IMG/VR virus record: IMGVR_UViG_2867988698_000004
Span: 1-64,000 of that record
Length of the DNA: 64,000 nucleotides
Direction: 5' to 3' (one strand)
Origin: a virus
Taxonomy: Duplodnaviria; Caudoviricetes
Positions 1-9,694 of the stretch are shown in pieces. Position 1 is the stretch's first letter, and every line of letters begins with the position of its first letter. The translations under genes were made by a program, and so were the position numbers. Below the pieces are notes generated by a model. That model worked only from the letters and a program-made list of their open reading frames with translations, had not been told where the DNA came from and ran no database searches.

Positions 1-672
1 TCAGAAGAGGGTTTCCTGGTTGGAGACGGCGCGGGTCCAGCTCAGGAGCCTGGGCAGGTTCTTGTCCGGGCCGTAGGTCAGGTAGGTGCCGTCCACCGAA
101 TCGGCCCAGCATTCGGCGTCGGCGTAGGCCAGCCGCAGGTGGGAGTTGACGCGGCCCATGTGCACCCACTTGCCCATGTCGTGGGCGGTGCGGGCCAGCA
201 GCGCCGCGTCCGAGCCGAGTTTCCAGGCGGTGGTGCCGCCGATGAAAAGGGCATCGAATTCGTCCCACAAATACCAGGCTTCATACTCGAAACCGTTTTG
301 CGCGACGAACGCTGCCGGATATCCCAGGTCCCGGATGCGGGGCAGCATCTGGCGGGCGCGGGCGTACGTCCCGTGGTGGTCGGCGACGACGTCGGGCGCG
401 ACCACGAACAGGCAGCGGTCGGCGTACGGCCGCCAGCGGCACAGCCATTCCAGGTAGGCGTCGTCGCCGGGGTAGCTGCCGGAGAAGACGCCGTTGTCGG
501 CGGCCCACCACCAGCCCTCGCGGACGTGGTTGCCGGAGGCGGGGGTGATGATCGCACCCAGCGCGCCGGCGTCCAGGTGGGCGTGGACGGACGGGCTGGA
601 GGGAGGTGTCAGGTAGAGGGGGGCCCGCCCCCACGGCGGCGCCGCGGGGGCGGGGGTGAGGCACACGGTCAT
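1..672 (-). CDS. tRNA-guanine transglycosylase-fold (DpdA/queuine tRNA-ribosyltransferase-like) protein
   Basis: Motifs AADNGVF, APDVVAD, VAQNG, LFIGG, VHMGRVN, DSVDGT resemble short phage TGT-like proteins. Confidence 0.6.
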   Translation of the reverse strand: MTVCLTPAPAAPPWGRAPLYLTPPSSPSVHAHLDAGALGAIITPASGNHVREGWWWAADNGVFSGSYPGDDAYLEWLCRWRPYADRCLFVVAPDVVADHHGTYARARQMLPRIRDLGYPAAFVAQNGFEYEAWYLWDEFDALFIGGTTAWKLGSDAALLARTAHDMGKWVHMGRVNSHLRLAYADAECWADSVDGTYLTYGPDKNLPRLLSWTRAVSNQETLF

Positions 673-971
673 CGGCGGTTCCCGGTCGGGTCGGTCGGGT
701 CGTCGGGCGGGTGCCCCTGGAGGGCGTCCAGGCGGGCCTGCAGCTCGTCGCGCTGGCGGCGGGTCTCCTCCAGCTCCGCCAGAACCTCGTCACGCTCCCG
801 CAGGGACAGGCTCAGGACGGTGCGCAGCTCGATCACGAACGCCAGGGCGCGGGCGACCGCCCGCTTGGCGGCGGCCTGCTCCGCGGTGTCTTCCGGCATC
901 TGCTCCAGCCTCCGCCGGTGGCGGTGGTTGGCGGTGTCGACCCGGGCCAGCAGGTCCTCGGCGTTCACCAT
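669..971 (-). CDS. Hypothetical coiled-coil protein
   Basis: GGAGG RBS before ATG 971; stop overlaps the start of the next gene. Confidence 0.6.
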   Translation of the reverse strand: MVNAEDLLARVDTANHRHRRRLEQMPEDTAEQAAAKRAVARALAFVIELRTVLSLSLRERDEVLAELEETRRQRDELQARLDALQGHPPDDPTDPTGNRR

Positions 972-1390
972 GCCCTCACCTCCTGGAGCAGGTCGAGCTG
1001 AACCGGCGGAGCGGGCTCGGTGTGGCAGGTGCAGTCGCAGACCCACCGGCAGGTGCGGTCCGCCAGCCACACCAGCGGCAGGGCTGTGGGGTGGGGGCCG
1101 GTCGCGCTGGCCCGGCAGGGGTGCTTGTAGTCCTCGGCGAAGAGCAGCGGGTGAACGCCGTCCCGGCCGCAGATGACGGTCGCCCAGGCGATCTGCGAGG
1201 TGACGCGGTGGCAGCGGTCGTGCTGGCCGCCCCGGCACGCCTGCGTCGCCCCGTACTGGCAGGCGCAGGCCGTGTAGTGGCCGGGGACGTCCCGGAACGT
1301 CTTGCGCATCGCGCCGGTCCACACGTGCGTGCGGATCCACTCCGCTTCTTCTTCGGTGATGCCGCACAGCGGGGAGGCGGAGGGCTGCAT
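965..1390 (-). CDS. Cys/His-rich hypothetical protein
   Basis: MQPSASPLCG...; CACQ and CRWVCDC motifs; overlaps both neighbours. Confidence 0.6.
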   Translation of the reverse strand: MQPSASPLCGITEEEAEWIRTHVWTGAMRKTFRDVPGHYTACACQYGATQACRGGQHDRCHRVTSQIAWATVICGRDGVHPLLFAEDYKHPCRASATGPHPTALPLVWLADRTCRWVCDCTCHTEPAPPVQLDLLQEVRAW

Positions 1391-2371
1391 CAGTCTTTCT
1401 CTCCTTCCTCCGGGTCGTCCGGGCAGGTGTGCGTGGCGGCGGTGTCGGCGAGGACGAGGAGGCTGTCTCCGTGCTCGATGTCGCACACGACCCTGCGGCA
1501 GCGGATGCAGGTCAGCTCCAGGTCACGCTTGGCGGGGTCGTCGGACTGGCGGGCCTCGAACTGGTCGGTGGGCATCCGGGCGCTGATCCGGTCCCGCTCG
1601 GCCCGCTCGTGGGCGAGCTGCGCGGTGGTCCGCCGGTGAGCGTTCTGCTCCCGGGTCAGCTCCCGCCGGGCGTCGGCCAGGTCGACCTGCAGCCGGTCGA
1701 CCTCGGTCCTGGTGCGCTGGGCCGCGGCGTGCCAGTCGGATGCGACCACGCCCCGCATGGTCAGCAGGGTGATGATCGATGCCGCCGCGTCCTGGGGGGC
1801 CTGGCCCTTGCCGAGCAGGGCGACCAGGTCCTCGGTCAGCTCGGGTCCGTGCACCACCCAGGGGCGGGTCCTTAGCTGATCCAGCTCGGTGGCCAGCGGC
1901 TCCAGCGCGCGCACGAGCTTGCGGCGCCACTGCGGGGAGGAGACCAGCGGGACCAGTGCGGCGTCGATCTCGGCGGCGGCCGGGCGGTCCCCGCGGCGTG
2001 GGAGGGGGGTCGGCTCCGGGGGCGTGGCGGTGCCGCAGGGGCAGGGGCCGCGGTTGACACGGAAGGCGGCCGGCAGGATCGTCCGCAGCGTCTGCTCGGC
2101 GTCCTCCCAGGAGCGGCACCACACGCTGGTCTGGCGGGCGGGTCCGGTGTCCGCCCAGGCCCGGACCTCGATCCTGTCGAAGTGCTCCTCGACCGCGAAT
2201 CCGCAGACGGCGCCGTCGATCTGCCAGACGGCGGAGACCTTGCGGGGGCTGGTGAAGAGGTCGGGCGTGCCGGACCGCAGGATCGGGTCGCCGTGCGCGG
2301 TACTTGGAGGAGAGCCGAGCGGGCTTGGGCGGCTCGGCTTCGAGGGGACGGCCGGGAGTGGTGTCAGCCAC
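1390..2371 (-). pseudogene. Hypothetical coiled-coil/Zn-ribbon protein with apparent frameshift near 2294
   Basis: RBS GAAAGGAG and GTG at 2371, but GC3-rich codons switch after about 26 codons into the frame of ORF 1390..2124; C-terminal CIRC...HTC. Confidence 0.5.
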
Positions 2372-2660
2372 GTACGGGCTCCTTTCGAGTGGGGACGTCG
2401 AGGGTCTTGCGGTGCACGCGGCCCGCGTAGCGGGGGTTGGTGGTCACGAGGGCCTGGAAGGGGGTGCCGTCCGGGCGGCGGGTGATGATCACGCCGTAGC
2501 GGTCGCCGCCGGTGAGCCGGTCGGCGCTCGCCTCGATGATCTCGACTTCGCGGGGGTCGAGGGTGGCGGCGCTGGTGACGCCGCCGGGGGTGCGGACGGT
2601 GGCGCCGGTGACGCCGAGGGCGGCGAGCGCGTCGCGCAGGGCCTGGGTCTGCGGCTTCAC
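2364..2660 (-). CDS. Hypothetical protein, first gene after operator-promoter copy 1
   Basis: AAGGA RBS before GTG 2660; good codon bias. Confidence 0.6.
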   Translation of the reverse strand: MKPQTQALRDALAALGVTGATVRTPGGVTSAATLDPREVEIIEASADRLTGGDRYGVIITRRPDGTPFQALVTTNPRYAGRVHRKTLDVPTRKEPVRG

Positions 2661-3277
2661 GGCAGCGTCCTTCCTGGTCCGGGTGGTTGTGGTGATGGGG
2701 TGGGGCTCGAAACCCACTGTTCCAAACATGTTAGGCCAAACATGATTGGCAGCCAAGTGGGGTCGCTCCGCCCCTCCCCCTCCGCCGGGCAGTGCTCCGA
2801 GATCGCCCGGCACGTCCCGCACCCGCCGCCGCGGCGGCACGCCACCAGATGCGCCCGGCAGATCGGACAGGACGGCCGCCCGTCCCCGTCCGGGTGAGCT
2901 CCACCCGGACGGCCGTGCGGGCAGCCCGGCAGCCGGTCCCGCAGCTCCACCACCACCACCTGCCGCTCCCCCGCCCGCCCGCCGACCGGCGACCCCTCCA
3001 GGGGACCGTCTGGGGGACCGTCCGGGCCGGTCTGCTCCACGGGCGGGACGTCCAGGCCGCACGCCTGCCGGACCGTCCGGCACCGCGAGCAGGACGCCGG
3101 CCCCTCGGCGCAGCGGACCAGGTGATGACGGCAGATCGGGCAGCGCGGCAGCCCCTCACCGGTCAGCAGCGTCCCCAGCGGCGTCCCGCACCCGCAGGCG
3201 GCGGCCCACCCGCCGCGGCGGCTCGCGGGCCGGGCCTGGACGCTCCCGCCGGGCAGCGCGACAAGACGAGCGCTCAC
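2657..3277 (-). CDS. Cys-rich putative Zn-finger protein
   Basis: Duplicated CPICRxHLVxC...CxxCR motif; GTGA overlap with the Rep gene stop. Confidence 0.5.
   Translation of the reverse strand: MSARLVALPGGSVQARPASRRGGWAAACGCGTPLGTLLTGEGLPRCPICRHHLVRCAEGPASCSRCRTVRQACGLDVPPVEQTGPDGPPDGPLEGSPVGGRAGERQVVVVELRDRLPGCPHGRPGGAHPDGDGRPSCPICRAHLVACRRGGGCGTCRAISEHCPAEGEGRSDPTWLPIMFGLTCLEQWVSSPTPSPQPPGPGRTLP
2721..2756 (-). promoter_or_regulatory. Operator-promoter copy 1
   Basis: Minus strand TTGGCT-N17-TAACAT with CCAATCATGTTTGG-CCTAACATGTTTGG. Confidence 0.75.
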
Positions 3278-4254
3278 GCCGCCCTCCCCGCAGTCGGCCG
3301 AGCCCGCTCGCCCCGCTTCCGCGCCTTGATCGCCCGGACCTGCGCCAGCAGCGCCGCCCGGTCCACCGGACCCGCGCCCTCGACGAACGGAGGGGCCGGT
3401 GTCGATTCCGCGATGGCCTCCGCGACCGTGCGGTCCGCCAGACCGTGGGAGGTGGGTTTGCCGACAATGCGCCACTCATCCAGCCGTTCCTGCAGATGCC
3501 CCCGCCCGGCCAACGCGACCAGGTAGGCGTTCAGCGACCGGGGCCGGTACCGGCCCGTCACCCAGTCCAGGAACCCCCCGGTCTCATCCGGCCGGACGTC
3601 AGTGCGCTCCCGCAGCAGCGCGACCTCGCGCGCCCGCGCTGGATTGGATGGATTTCTCCCAGGGTTTTCCTGTCTTGTTCGGGGCGCATCCATGCAGAGG
3701 GGTGGGGGCGCATCCATGCAGGGGGTGCCCCCCGCATCCATGCCAGGGCTGGGGGCGCATCCATGCGAGGGGTCACCCGCGGCGGGTGGGGCGGCATCCA
3801 TGCCAGGGGTAACCCCGGACGGCTCCTCCCCCACGCCCGCACCCTGCTCCGGCTCGGGCCGGAGGTCCTGCGGCGGCGGCTCCGGCACCTGCCGCCTGCG
3901 GCGGCCGGACGGGTTCCTCGACGTCTTCCGCGGCTTCGGCCCGCACACCTCCAGGACCAGGTCGTACACCACCGGCCGCCGCCCCGCCGGCACCCCGTGC
4001 CGCTCCGGCAAGCTCTGGTCCCCCGGCACGATCAGGCCCAGGTCCAGCAGACGCCGGATGTCCCGCGCCACCTGATCGGGCGACTTGCCGGTCTTCTCCG
4101 CGACCGTCGAGACGGACTGGTAAGAGCCCCGGCCGTGCTCATCGGCACGCCGGGCGATCACCAGCAGGACGGGGAACAGATCGGCGGGCACGGGCGCGTC
4201 ATCAATGACCCATGCCACACCTGCGACACTCACCCACGAGGGCGAGGAGTTCAT
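3274..4254 (-). CDS. HTH replication initiator (phage replisome-organiser/RepA-like)
   Basis: N-terminal wHTH (VLLVIARRAD...SVSTVAEKTGKS...IRRLLDLGLI...RRPVVYDL); internal iterons. Confidence 0.7.
   Translation of the reverse strand: MNSSPSWVSVAGVAWVIDDAPVPADLFPVLLVIARRADEHGRGSYQSVSTVAEKTGKSPDQVARDIRRLLDLGLIVPGDQSLPERHGVPAGRRPVVYDLVLEVCGPKPRKTSRNPSGRRRRQVPEPPPQDLRPEPEQGAGVGEEPSGVTPGMDAAPPAAGDPSHGCAPSPGMDAGGTPCMDAPPPLCMDAPRTRQENPGRNPSNPARAREVALLRERTDVRPDETGGFLDWVTGRYRPRSLNAYLVALAGRGHLQERLDEWRIVGKPTSHGLADRTVAEAIAESTPAPPFVEGAGPVDRAALLAQVRAIKARKRGERARPTAGRAA
3686..3803. repeat. Iterons, putative replication origin
   Basis: GCATCCATGC at 3686, 3710, 3734, 3757 and 3794, next to an AT-richer tract at 3641-3680. 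Confidence 0.7.
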
Positions 4255-4365
4255 GCGATACTCCAGAAGTCTGTTGGTTCCAGACGGATGCGCAGGCGTA
4301 CCGTTTGGCTGACGTAGCGCCTGCGACGGGGCGGTGACCGGGCAAGGGTCACCGCCCCGCGGCGT

Positions 4366-5136
4366 TTACAGGGGCGCGTCGTCGTACTGGCGCTGGGCGC
4401 GCAGACGGCGCCCCTCGTGGAGATGGGCGCTCGGCTTCCGCGATCGACCCGCCACGCACGGCCCGGACATCACCCCGCAGTACGGGCACTCCAGCGTCGA
4501 GGCCAGGGCAAGGACGGCCTCCCGGCGCTGCAACACCCGCGTCAGGACCCGGTCCATCGAGCCCGCCAGCGGTTCCGGTAGCGGCCGGAGCCAGAACTGA
4601 TGCCGCAGGTAGTGCCAGAACCGCAGCGTCTCCACCCGGGAGGGCTGCCGGGCCGCGCACACCTGGCGGAAGGCGTCCACCCACCGCCGCCGGTCATCCG
4701 GCAGCGTCACCGCGTGCCGCCCGGTGCGGAGGCCGATGCCCAGGCACCGGGCGGTCTCCAGAGCCTCCGCCCTCCAGCGCGGGTGCACGCCGTGCTGCGG
4801 CATGACGTAGGTCCGGCCCAGGTACCAGGCGTTCCGCTCGTACTCCTCGGCCGCAGGCCAGTCCCTGGCCCCCTGGTCGACACGTCCCATGAACACGTTG
4901 CACGCGGCGCACAGCAGGCCGCGCACCGCGTGGATGGCGTCGATCCGCCGGTCGTGGTCGATGTGGAGCGTCAGGGCCGAAGTCTCGCCGCAGATCTCGC
5001 AGCGGTCGCCGGCCCGTGCGCGTAGCGCGTCGTACTCCTCGCAGGCCAGTTTGTGATCGGTATGGGTCGCGCACACCGTGTGCGGCCCCAGGTCGGCTGA
5101 TGCCGTGGACATCCAGGACTCCCTCGTTCTGGACAT
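4366..5136 (-). CDS. Endonuclease VII-like (His-Me) nuclease with C-terminal Zn finger
   Basis: CEICG...LHIDHD...VRGLLCAACN; C-terminal CPYCGVMSGPC. Confidence 0.75.
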   Translation of the reverse strand: MSRTRESWMSTASADLGPHTVCATHTDHKLACEEYDALRARAGDRCEICGETSALTLHIDHDRRIDAIHAVRGLLCAACNVFMGRVDQGARDWPAAEEYERNAWYLGRTYVMPQHGVHPRWRAEALETARCLGIGLRTGRHAVTLPDDRRRWVDAFRQVCAARQPSRVETLRFWHYLRHQFWLRPLPEPLAGSMDRVLTRVLQRREAVLALASTLECPYCGVMSGPCVAGRSRKPSAHLHEGRRLRAQRQYDDAPL

Positions 5137-5237
5137 GCCAGGTCAGGCGACGGCCAGCATGGGCCGCCACCTACGGCAGGTAGGGGAAGGGCCGCGTCCT
5201 CAGCGGCTAGGGCGCGCGCAGGTCAGATGCGCGCGGA

Positions 5238-5570
5238 TCATTCGTCGTCGGCGCTGGGGCTCGCCGGTTGAGTGGGCGTGATGCCCAGGGCACGCAGGAG
5301 TTCGGCCGCCGCTTCGGCGGCCCGGGGCAGGTCCGTGTCCGGGCCGACCCGGCTGCCGGTCAACTCCCGGACGACCAGGTTCACCACATCCCAGGGGTCC
5401 ACGGACAAGGCGTCCGGTCTCGACTGCGCCCCGTAGGTGACCAGGTAGTCGCGGATGACCTGCGTGAGTGTCCTGCCCTCTGCCTGCGCCCGCTCCAGCG
5501 CCGGGTTCCAAATCGGGTCCCCGATGCGCAGGTTCCGCTTAGGCGTCTCTCCGGTGCGCGGGCGTGGCAT
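5238..5570 (-). CDS. Ribbon-helix-helix transcriptional regulator, probable transfer-operon repressor
   Basis: MPRPRTGETPKRNLRIGDPIWNPALERAQAEGRTLTQVIRDYL; divergent from the transfer operon. Confidence 0.7.
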   Translation of the reverse strand: MPRPRTGETPKRNLRIGDPIWNPALERAQAEGRTLTQVIRDYLVTYGAQSRPDALSVDPWDVVNLVVRELTGSRVGPDTDLPRAAEAAAELLRALGITPTQPASPSADDE

Positions 5571-5692
5571 GCGCCCATCTTCGCATCTGTACGGCGGTTC
5601 TCTCATCGCTGTCCCTACACGTTTGATTTCGACTCCCCGTAAACTTATTCTGGGTGGACAGAAACCGCAAGCAGGGGACCAGGGAAGACGCG

Positions 5693-6052
5693 ATGACGAC
5701 CAGGACCCGCACCGCCGTGGTGATCGCGGCGACCGCGCTGGTCTACGTGCTGGCGCAGGCCGACGTGACCGTGCCGGCACTGTCGCTGGTCGGGCTGCTG
5801 GCGTGGGCTGCGTTCGCGACGTACCTGGCGTGGCCCGTGATCACTGGAAGGACGGTCCATGACCACAACCGAGACGGAGACCGTCACCGGATCCGCGAGG
5901 ACCTGTCCCGGCCACGGCTCTCCCTGCGGCGAGCCGATCGGGGAGGGCTCCGCGCGCTGCGGGGCCTGCACCGAGCTGGTGGTGCAGGAGCGCAACGGGC
6001 TGCTGGGCCTGCTGGGCGACAACCTCACCGAGGCGCTTCGGCAGGTCCGTGA
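5693..6052 (+). CDS. Small membrane protein
   Basis: Two hydrophobic segments in the first 55 aa; 3' end overlaps the next gene heavily. Confidence 0.4.
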   Translation: MTTRTRTAVVIAATALVYVLAQADVTVPALSLVGLLAWAAFATYLAWPVITGRTVHDHNRDGDRHRIREDLSRPRLSLRRADRGGLRALRGLHRAGGAGAQRAAGPAGRQPHRGASAGP

Positions 6053-6566
6053 GGGCCTGGAGCTGGTGGCGCGGATGGAGGACACCGGGCTGGCCCGGGG
6101 CGGCATGGCGGAGGAGCTGCGGCAGGAGCTGGGGAAGGTCATCGCGCGGCTGGAGAACACGCAGCGGACCCGTGAGGAGTTCCTGCGGTACGGCGATGAG
6201 ACGTGCCCCGGTTACGGGCCGACCGCCGGTAAGTGCGATGCCGTGCTCGCGCCGGAGGTCGCTTTGTGCGACACCTGCCACGGTCACCTGCTGGAGGACC
6301 GGACGATCACCGACGAGCACAAGAACCTCACCTGGGAGATCGAGCAGGCCCTGCACGGTGTCGTGGACGCGCAGGGAACCGCGGAGCGGCTGGACCGCCG
6401 GTCCCACAACGTCAAGGGCCCCGAGGACGGGCTGGACCTGCGGCAGGAGCTGGGGGCGGCCGTGCGGCACCTGCAGAACGCGCGGCGGGTCCACGACGAG
6501 CACCTGACCGGCTGCCGGTCCGCCGCCCCGGCCGTGACCACCACGAGGAAGGAGAACGGTTCATGA
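5859..6566 (+). CDS. Hypothetical protein with two Cys4 + helical-bundle repeats
   Basis: TCPG..G..C...C..C motif twice; GAAGGA RBS. Confidence 0.7.
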   Translation: MTTTETETVTGSARTCPGHGSPCGEPIGEGSARCGACTELVVQERNGLLGLLGDNLTEALRQVREGLELVARMEDTGLARGGMAEELRQELGKVIARLENTQRTREEFLRYGDETCPGYGPTAGKCDAVLAPEVALCDTCHGHLLEDRTITDEHKNLTWEIEQALHGVVDAQGTAERLDRRSHNVKGPEDGLDLRQELGAAVRHLQNARRVHDEHLTGCRSAAPAVTTTRKENGS

Positions 6567-6964
6567 CCGCGACCGAGACCGAGGTCGTCCCGCAGGCACG
6601 GCGGACGTGCCCCGGCTACGGGGGGAACGCCGGCCGCTGCGGGACGCCGCTGGACCCGGCACTGCCGGAGGGGGAGCTGTGCGACGGCTGCGACGGGCAC
6701 AGGCGTTACGACCTGAACCTCGCCGCCGAGCACAAGCGTCTGGACGAGGACCTGCAGCAGGCCCTGCAGCTGGTCGCGCGCATCCAGGGGTCGCTGGAGA
6801 GGCTGGCCGGTGACGAGCTGGACGACCTGGAGCTGAGCGGGACCAACGCAGCGGACATGCAGGAGGACCTGACGGAGGTCGCGCGGCGGCTGCGGAACGT
6901 CGACCGGGCCCACCGGCTGCACACGCAGGTCTGCCAGCCCGCCGACAAGGACGGGCAGCAGTGA
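6563..6964 (+). CDS. Paralogue with one Cys4 + helical-bundle unit
   Basis: RTCPGYGGNAGRC...LCDGC; ATGA overlap; AAGGAG RBS. Confidence 0.7.
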   Translation: MTATETEVVPQARRTCPGYGGNAGRCGTPLDPALPEGELCDGCDGHRRYDLNLAAEHKRLDEDLQQALQLVARIQGSLERLAGDELDDLELSGTNAADMQEDLTEVARRLRNVDRAHRLHTQVCQPADKDGQQ

Positions 6965-7284
6965 CCAGCCACAACAACGAGTCCGACCAGGCAGCCGAGG
7001 AGCTGGCCGCGCGGGTGGCTGAGAGGCCGCGGACCGGCCCGGAGCATTACCAGACCGGGCAGGTCCTGGCGGAGCTGGCCATGGGTTACTTCCGGCGCGG
7101 GGACCTCCAGCGCGCCAACACGCTCGCCGCGATCGGCCTGGTGCACGCGGGACTGGCCAACGCCGCCGCCGCGGCGCTGGCCCCCGCCTCACAGGAGGCG
7201 TCCTCTCCCGAGCGCCAGGAGTGGACGGCCGCCGCGGGTGTCCGGCCGCGGACCGGCTACCGGTCCCGGACCAGCCGCCGATAG
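6961..7284 (+). CDS. Hypothetical protein
   Basis: GTGA overlap; followed by a hairpin at 7290-7326. Confidence 0.6.
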   Translation: MTSHNNESDQAAEELAARVAERPRTGPEHYQTGQVLAELAMGYFRRGDLQRANTLAAIGLVHAGLANAAAAALAPASQEASSPERQEWTAAAGVRPRTGYRSRTSRR

Positions 7285-7365
7285 CAGGAGGCCCCGGGCG
7301 GTGGCTCCACTCCGCCGCCCGGGGCCGGTGATCAGATCTGCCCCTCACGAAGGAGACCCGATCTC

Positions 7366-7794
7366 ATGGCGAATCCTACGGTTCTCGCCGCACCGGCGCC
7401 GCCCGGCGGGCCGCCGGTTGCGGTGCCGGCGTGTCCGGGCTGGTGCCGCAGCCGCCACGCGCGTGACGTTCCGGAGACCACCCGCTCCCATGTCGGGGAG
7501 CTGGCCGGTGTCCGCGCCCCGGGCGGGACCCCGCTGGCCGTCGTGGACGGCCTGCGGATCGACGCCCAGCTGCTTCCCGGGCAGCCTCGGCTGGGCTGGG
7601 AGACCGGTGAGGTCACCCTGACCCTGACCCTGGCCACCCCCGAGCTGCCGCGGATGGTCGAGGACCTGTCCCCCCAGCAGGCGCTGCAGGTGGCCGACCT
7701 GCTGGCGGACGGGTGCGGTCATCCGCTGGACCTGTCCGCGCTGATCCGTAAGGCGGTGCGGCTGGCGGCGCCGGAGGTGATGTGCGGTGTGTGA
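7366..7794 (+). CDS. Hypothetical protein (CPxWC...H family common in actinomycete elements)
   Basis: CPGWCRSRH...RSHVG; AAGGAG RBS. Confidence 0.6.
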   Translation: MANPTVLAAPAPPGGPPVAVPACPGWCRSRHARDVPETTRSHVGELAGVRAPGGTPLAVVDGLRIDAQLLPGQPRLGWETGEVTLTLTLATPELPRMVEDLSPQQALQVADLLADGCGHPLDLSALIRKAVRLAAPEVMCGV

Positions 7795-8146
7795 CGGCCC
7801 CGGCAAGAACGCCAGTCCCGGCTACTACGGTCCCGCGGATGAGCTGCCGGACGGCGGTGAGCTCCGCTCGGCCCGCGCCGCCTATGACCGGATGCTGCGC
7901 CAGCAGCGGACACAGGCAGGCAGCCGTCCGGACCCCCGGCTGGCGTCCATGCTGCGCGGCCTGGCGGTGTGGGCCGGGGCGGTGCTGGCCGTGGTGGCGG
8001 TGAGCCTGGCCCCGCCCGTGGTGGAGCAGATCGTGCTGGGCGTGATGGTGGCGCTGATCGCGGTCATCGTCGTCGCCGGCGCGGTCGCCGCGGCCTCCAG
8101 CGTCCGGCACCGCTGGCGATCTCGACGCCGGGACGGCGAGAACTGA
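7787..8146 (+). CDS. Small two-TM membrane protein (Spd-like)
   Basis: Two hydrophobic helices; lies within the transfer operon. Confidence 0.55.
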   Translation: MCDGPGKNASPGYYGPADELPDGGELRSARAAYDRMLRQQRTQAGSRPDPRLASMLRGLAVWAGAVLAVVAVSLAPPVVEQIVLGVMVALIAVIVVAGAVAAASSVRHRWRSRRRDGEN

Positions 8147-8212
8147 CCCCCGTGGCCGGCCCCCACCCCTGTGGTGGGGGTTGGTCGTTGCGAGACGAAC
8201 GGAGACCAGCCC

Positions 8213-9694
8213 ATGTCCGAGAAGACTCCCCAGCCCACCACCGGCGACCAGGAGGTGGAGCTGGTCGAGGACTTGGCCGAGGAGGAGGGCGAGGTCACGC
8301 CGGACCAGGACCCCAGGCGACCTCCCCCCACCCAGCCCGCCCAGGACGACGGCGACGGCGACGACGGCGGTGGCGGTGGGCGGGAGCTGGTGATCCCGGC
8401 GGTGCCGCTGCTGCTGCTCGGCGGCTGCGGCCTGCTGTCCGGTGGCGCCTACCTGTGGCACGTCGCTGGCACCTCTGGGCTGGCCGCCGCGGCGGTCGGC
8501 GCCGCGGGCGCCACCGGCTGGGCGGTCTCCCGCCGTCTGCAGAACCGCCGGAGCGGCAGCCGACGCCGGTACGGCGGCGGTGCCGGGGCTCGGCGGCCGT
8601 CGACGCCCCGGTCCTCCCGCTCGTCCGGCAGCTCCCGCACCAGCCGCACTAGCCGCACCGGCCGCACCAGCGGCTCCGGCAGCCGCCGCGGTGGTGGCGG
8701 CCGGGCGGGTGGGCGCGGCGGCAGCAGCCGCGGCGGCGGGGGTCGTCTCGGCGGCATCCTCGGCGGCGGCCGGACCAGCAGCCGCAGCGGTGCCGGTCGC
8801 AAGGCCCGCGCCCGCAGCCGGGCTGCGGGGGTTCCCCCGTCGTTCGGCCGCACCACCGGCGGTGGCCGTGCCGGCACCGGCCGGGCAGGCCGCCGCACTA
8901 CCGGTGCGGGAGGTCGTCTCGGCGGCGGTGCGGGCGGGGCGCGCAGGGTTGCCGCCCGCCGCGCGGCCGGACGCGCCGCCGCACGGGTCGGGCGGGCCGC
9001 CGAGCGCAGCGCCCGCGCCGCCGCTGCCGCGCACCGCGCCGCCCGCAAGGGCCAGGGGCCCCGCGCGGCGGCACGCGCCGCCCGCCACGCCGCCACCGCC
9101 ACCCCGGCGGGGCGGCTGGCCAGCCGCCTGCTCCTGGCGGGCACGGCCACCGTCGCCGGGATCGTCTGGGCGTGGTGGTGGCAGCTGCTGGCCAGCCTCC
9201 CGGCGGAGGCCCGCGCCGCGCGCCGCCAGGCCGCCCGCGACTACCGGACGGTCCGCGACTTCGTCATTCGACCAACCCCCGGCACCGCCGCCGGCGACGG
9301 CGCCGGTTCGAGCACCACCACTGGAAAGGCAGACGTGGAGTACCAGCAGTCCCCCATGATCACCGCGCTGTACGAGGCCGCCGCCGCCATCCGCAGCTAC
9401 CAGCTGGAGCGGGAGGCCGGCGCGATGGCGCAGTTCCGCGGTGACCTCATCGAGCTGCCCAAGGCGATGGCGGAGATCGCCCAGGCATGGCGTTCCCTCG
9501 GCGGCCGGATCACCGACGAGACCCCCATCGACAAGTCCTTCGGGGACTTCCTCGAGGCACTCGGGCAGCTGCAGGACGCGATGGCCGAGGAGGCGGACGG
9601 CCTGGTCGGCGAGTTCGACCGGCTCCACCCCGAGCTGGTCGAGCACATCACCAGCGACGACCCCGACGAGGTCATGTGGGACCGGGGGCAGTGA
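8213..9694 (+). CDS. Membrane protein with G/R-rich linker and helical C-terminus (TraA-like position)
   Basis: TM segments and low-complexity middle; stop overlaps the traB start. Confidence 0.6.
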   Translation: MSEKTPQPTTGDQEVELVEDLAEEEGEVTPDQDPRRPPPTQPAQDDGDGDDGGGGGRELVIPAVPLLLLGGCGLLSGGAYLWHVAGTSGLAAAAVGAAGATGWAVSRRLQNRRSGSRRRYGGGAGARRPSTPRSSRSSGSSRTSRTSRTGRTSGSGSRRGGGGRAGGRGGSSRGGGGRLGGILGGGRTSSRSGAGRKARARSRAAGVPPSFGRTTGGGRAGTGRAGRRTTGAGGRLGGGAGGARRVAARRAAGRAAARVGRAAERSARAAAAAHRAARKGQGPRAAARAARHAATATPAGRLASRLLLAGTATVAGIVWAWWWQLLASLPAEARAARRQAARDYRTVRDFVIRPTPGTAAGDGAGSSTTTGKADVEYQQSPMITALYEAAAAIRSYQLEREAGAMAQFRGDLIELPKAMAEIAQAWRSLGGRITDETPIDKSFGDFLEALGQLQDAMAEEADGLVGEFDRLHPELVEHITSDDPDEVMWDRGQ

